From assembly GCA_963575745.1 (NCBI GenBank), contig CAUYUJ010000116.1, positions 1 through 64,000 of the forward strand: a DNA stretch of 64,000 bases, read 5' to 3'. The DNA comes from Prorocentrum cordatum (Eukaryota). The position numbers were made by a program, and so were the translations under genes. The notes beneath the pieces were generated by a model. The model had not been told where the DNA came from, did no database searches, and saw only the letters and a program-made list of their open reading frames with translations. Below are positions 59,505 through 64,000 of the stretch, in pieces (position 1 is the first letter of the stretch; every line of letters starts with the position of its first letter).

Positions 59505-60577
59505 CGTCACTGTGCTGGGCCCCGCAAGCAGGCCTCGAAAGTGGCGACAGTTTAACAGATCGCAGCCCCCCAGGGATGGCGAGGTCTAGTTTGAATCTGC
59601 GTGTGGCGTCACTGTGCTGGGCCCCCCAGGCAGGCCTCGAAAATGGCGACAGTTTCACAGATCGCAGCCCCCCAGGGATGGCGAGGTCTAATTTGAATCT
59701 GCGTGTGGGTACCCACTATGCTGGGCCCCTCAGCAGCCCTCGAAAGTGGCGACAGTTTCACAGATCGCAGCCCCCCAGGGATGGCGAGGTCCCAATGAGT
59801 CTGCGGTGAGTGCCCACTGTGCTGGGCCCCTCAGCAGCCCTCCAAAGTGGCGACAGTTTCACAGATCGCAGCCCCCCAAGGATGGCGAGGTCCCATTTGA
59901 GTCTGCGGTGAGTACCCACTGTGCTGGGCCCCCCAGCAGGCCTCGAAAGTGGCGACAGTTTCACAGATCGCAGCCCCCCAGGGATGGCGAGGTCCCATTT
60001 GAGTCAGTACCCACTGTGCTGGGCCCCCCAGCAGCCCTCGAAAGTGGCGACAATTTCACAGATCGCAGCCCCCCAGGGATGGCGAGGTCGAATCGAGTCA
60101 GTACCCACTGTGCTGGGCCCCCAGCAGCCCTCGAAAGTGGCGACAGTTTCACAGATCGCAGCCCCCCAGGGATGGCGAGGTCCCATGTGAGTCTGCGGTG
60201 AGTACCCACTGTGCTGGGCCCCTCAGCAGCCCTCGAAAGTGGCGACAGTTTCACAGATCGCAGCCCCCCAGGGATGGCGAGGTCCCATTTGAGTCTGCGG
60301 TGAGTACCCACTGTGCTGGGCCCCCCAGCAGGCCTCGAAAGTGGCGACAGTTTCACAGATCGCAGCCCCCCAGGGATGGCGAGGTCCCATTTGAGTCTGC
60401 GGTGAGTACCCACTGTGCTGGGCCCCCCAGCAGCCTCGAAAGTGGCGACAGTTTCACAGATCGCAGCCCCCCAGGGATGGCGAGGTCCCATTTGAGTCTG
60501 CGGTGAGTACCCACTGTGCTGGGCCCCCCAGCAGGCCTCGAAAGTGGCGACAGTTTCACAGATCGCAGCCCCCCAGC
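59505..60577. repeat. Approx. 100-bp tandem satellite, about 11 units
   Basis: GAAAGTGGCGACAGTTTCACAGATCGCAGCCCCCCAGGGATGGCGAGGTC recurs about every 93-103 bp. Confidence 0.95.
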
Positions 60578-62102
60578 TGGCACGCAGCGACGAGCGAGGC
60601 AAAAGGCAAGGGGGAAGAGAGGGGCGGGAAGGAAGAAAGGAGACGCGCGAGCAGTGCTCTATTCAAAACGAGAACCCAACGCAGGAGGGTTGGGAATAAA
60701 TCGACACAAATACCAGGATTCCCAATCTTTCCCAATATTTCCTGGGTGTTTGTCTTCCCCCACACTTCCCATATTTTCCCATATCTTCTGGGGAATCGAC
60801 GATTAATCCCACCAGCCATCTTGGCGTCGGTGGTTTAGAGCGTTTCCTCTTCCACCCCTCCTTCTTCCCTTTCGGGGAGGGGTTTACCCTCCCCCTACCC
60901 CCTCCCCTGGACCTGGACGGGGGGGGGTCGCGAGGTGTCAGGGCGTCCAAAACGGCCTCGGCGAGGAAGCCAAAATCATTGGTTTTACTATGGGTTTGGC
61001 CCCATGTTGACCTCCTGGGGGGGACCCTAATTGACGCTCCCCTCTTGTTTGATCGATCTCCTCCAAGATGGCCCCAAGAAGCGCCCAGGAGGCCCCAAGA
61101 GGTCCCAACATGGCCCCAAGATGGCCCCAAGAGGCCCCCCCCGGATGCCCCCCGGAGACCCCCAAGAAGCCCCAAGAGACCCCCCAGAGGCACCCAAGAT
61201 GCTCCAAGAGGCCTCGGCGAGAATGCCAATTCATTGATTTTACAAGGGTTTTAGCCACGTGTTGGCCTCTTGGGGGGGGGCACTGATTAAGATGACTCCA
61301 AGAGCGCCTGGGAGAGCCCAAAATGACCTCCGAGATGGCTCAAGATATCCCCAGATGCCTCATAATGGCTTCCTCTGTGTGCTGCCCACTTCCCTGATCG
61401 AGGCGATTCCTTTGGGCATCGTTTCTGGATGGTCTGGTGGGGATCCTTTTTTTTGGTCGCGGCCGCAAGCGAAGGCGCAGGCGGCGGGTCGGTAAGTCCG
61501 GGGCGCGGTCCTTACTAATTTACAGCGAGCAGCAAACTAGAGCGGATCTGGTGGGGATCCGCGAAGCGTCAACAATTGTGTACGTGTTTCTTTCCCTCCT
61601 GATAGATGCCTGAACTGGGTACGGAAAAAATGGGCGCGGTGCCCAACAACAAGCATTGTCCCGAACCGACAGCGGCCACTGTTGGGCAGGCGGCCTTCTG
61701 TCTCAGATGGGCGGCGTCCGTCGCGGCACCGACGGCGAAGCCTGTCCAAAGTGGACAGGAACTGCTGTTGGACAGCACCGCCCGACGTGATTTTTTCAGG
61801 ACCCGAGAGGGTCTGGGACTCCGTGGGCCCCATTAACGGCAGAACCGTTGTTTTAAGCACTTCCGAACAAGTGTCTCTTGAAAACGGAAGCGGCCCAACA
61901 AACGGCGACTGGAAACGGCAGAATAAGTGCTTCAGGATTGGAGCCAGAACCGGAACTGGTGAAAAAATAGCGACGGAACCGGTGAAACATAACGGCGTTT
62001 GAACCCGCAACAGAACGTCGAAACGGAACAAGTAAAACAACAGCCCTGTCGTTCCAGGGCCCAATGAGGGGAATGCCGTCGCGGGACCTTCCACAACAAC
62101 GG

Positions 62103-62254
62103 TTAGGTCGGGCCTGTCCCCCTACAGGCGGATTTTGAACGAAAGATCAAACAAAATACTCAAACGAATCTTTAAACATAATGGAAAATCGTCCCCAGAT
62201 TTGTTTTTGACTATTTTGGAATATGCCTCCTGTAGAGGGACATGCCCGATTCAA
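62103..62254. mobile_element. MITE family A, copy 9
   Basis: TIRs; perfect TSD AACAACGG. Confidence 0.88.
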
Positions 62255-62324
62255 AACAACGGCTCAGGGTGAGGAGCCGGTCGGGGCTCTTCTGACCGGG
62301 GTCAATCCAGACCCGGGTCAGTCA

Positions 62325-62472
62325 GGCCTTGCAAGATCCTGCAAGATCCTGCGCCCAAGCCCGGGTCAATGCGAAGGATCCCGCAGGATCCTGCAAGATC
62401 CTGCAGGATCCTGCAAGATCCTGCGCCCAAGCCCGGGTCAATGCGACCCTGCCCCTGCAGGATCCTGCAAGG
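62325..62472. repeat. (GATCCTGCAA/G)n short tandem repeat
   Basis: Direct reading. Confidence 0.8.
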
Positions 62473-63646
62473 TCGGGCGCTCTGGCTGACCCCCGTTTGC
62501 ACTGACCCCCGTCTCAAGGCTCCCGAGCCGGGCGGGCGCTGGGGGCGCCGGGCAGCCCCGGAGGGGCCCGGCCCGAAGACGGAGGCCGTGGACAGGGATT
62601 GGGCGAGGGCAGCGGGGGGCCTCACGAGGGAGCTGCGGGGTCGATGCGATTGAAGTGGGTGTGGAAAGAGAGCGAGAGAGAGAGGTGTGCATTAGCTCTC
62701 CCCCTGAGCCTCTTCCTTTTTTGCACAAACAATTCACAACAATAATTATAATAAAGATCGGCCACGCAAAGAGCCTCGCAGGCCGCCCAAAGCCCCCTCC
62801 TCCTCCTCTCCCCCGCCCTCGACCCCCAAATGGCGCTGGACACGCTGTAGGGCGCACGTGCGCGCCGGGAAGTGCGGAGGGACCGGCGAGAGTCTAACTG
62901 CGCTTCACCTTCGTGAGTCCGAGTTTGTGGAGACGGTCTGGTCATAGGACAGGGAACCGTTAGAGAAGGAACCCAGGGTCTGGATGCCAGGGGAGCTCCA
63001 ATCGTGGACCAGCAATGGCCATGACCGCCGCCCTCGTTGGATAAGGACTCCTCCAGGGTCTGGCGCCTCCTGGGACTATTCCTCAAGAAACGCCTCCACC
63101 GTATATACTGGACCAGAGCGTTCAGACATCAACCAAACAACAGCACACAACAGCACAGGAACAACAAAACCATACACGCGTGTGGTCGGCGGCGACTTGT
63201 GTCCACAAAGCGGTCGGGACCACGGCAGGACGCGTGCGCAGCTGACTGCGGCGAAAAGAAGGGAGGGGCAAGCGGGAAGGAGAAAGCGGCCGAGGAACGG
63301 CATGGGAGTTCTGTACACAACCACACACGAAGAACAAACGAAACTTAACGAACACTCCATCTATTTACATACAGTGCGGGCGCGGCCGCAAGAAACCCTC
63401 GCAAGGAACCCAACCCTGAGAACCCGTGCTTGAGGTGCACCTGAGGGGAAACCTGGAACACCCTGAACGCAGCAGCTCCTCCAACGGCAGCGGGAAGTCA
63501 CCGCGCAGCGCGGAGAGCGAAGAAACCCAGGACACTCTGACGAAAAACATATGGTTTCTTGATGCGCACCCCCACTGTATACATATACGGACATGTACGT
63601 ACAACTTGGCAGCCCTCGCCCTCCGGGTGGGCCAGCCGCCCGCGGC

Positions 63647-63712
63647 CTCTGTCACGCCGAGCCAGAGGAAGCTGTGCACGTGCTCGACCTCCGCCTCGAT
63701 CCCGAGCATCGC
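63647..63712 (-). CDS. JmjC/cupin-like protein exon (AMLGIEAEVEHVHSFLWLGVTE); gene continues beyond the window
   Basis: CCCCAG acceptor, high GC3; LWLG matches the xLWxG motif that precedes HxD. Donor position uncertain. Confidence 0.7.
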
Positions 63713-64000
63713 CTGGGGAGGCCGCCCACGGTGCGCGCCGGAGCACCCACGCCCCCAACGCACTGAGAGACAGCCTTCCCCGATAAGAGACAGGGTGCGA
63801 GCCCCGAGGGGGGTACCTCACTGGGAAAGTGAGATGGTTACCGAGGGGGGGATCAACCAGAACATTTCTCTAGACACGAGAAATCAAAAAACGATAAGAA
63901 AATGATAGCAGCATCGATAGCCGCAACAGTACTACAACACCAACAGAAACAACCACAACAACATCACCAGCAACAGCATCAATACCACCAATATCAACAA

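Noticed and set aside
59505..60577. CRISPR-like array
   Set aside because: Whole units repeat with no unique spacers, there are no cas genes, and the context is eukaryotic.

Overview
GC-rich, repeat-dense eukaryotic genomic DNA, almost certainly dinoflagellate. The basis is a copy of the dinoflagellate spliced leader, GA/GC splice donors and co-directional genes; a Prorocentrum-like source is my inference. Main contents: (1) A near-complete but frameshifted L1/Tx1-like LINE (about 288-6277, minus strand) whose 5' end is a full spliced leader plus a 15-nt relict leader, inserted in a GAC/GAT microsatellite with an approximately 18-20 bp target duplication. (2) A minus-strand gene for a secreted modular protein, reconstructed from about 7 exons over 29614-51188; one 11.6 kb intron holds a decayed Ty1/copia element with a PHD-like finger and nested insertions. 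(3) The 3' part of a minus-strand JmjC/cupin gene (51907 to beyond the window) whose last intron is exactly a TIR element plus its 5-bp TSD, i.e. an introner. (4) Several MITE families, including nine copies of a hAT-like MITE with 8-bp TSDs, plus satellites and microsatellites. The region from about 6.6 to 29 kb is mostly repeats with no gene I can assign. Exon boundaries were read by eye and need RNA-seq confirmation.
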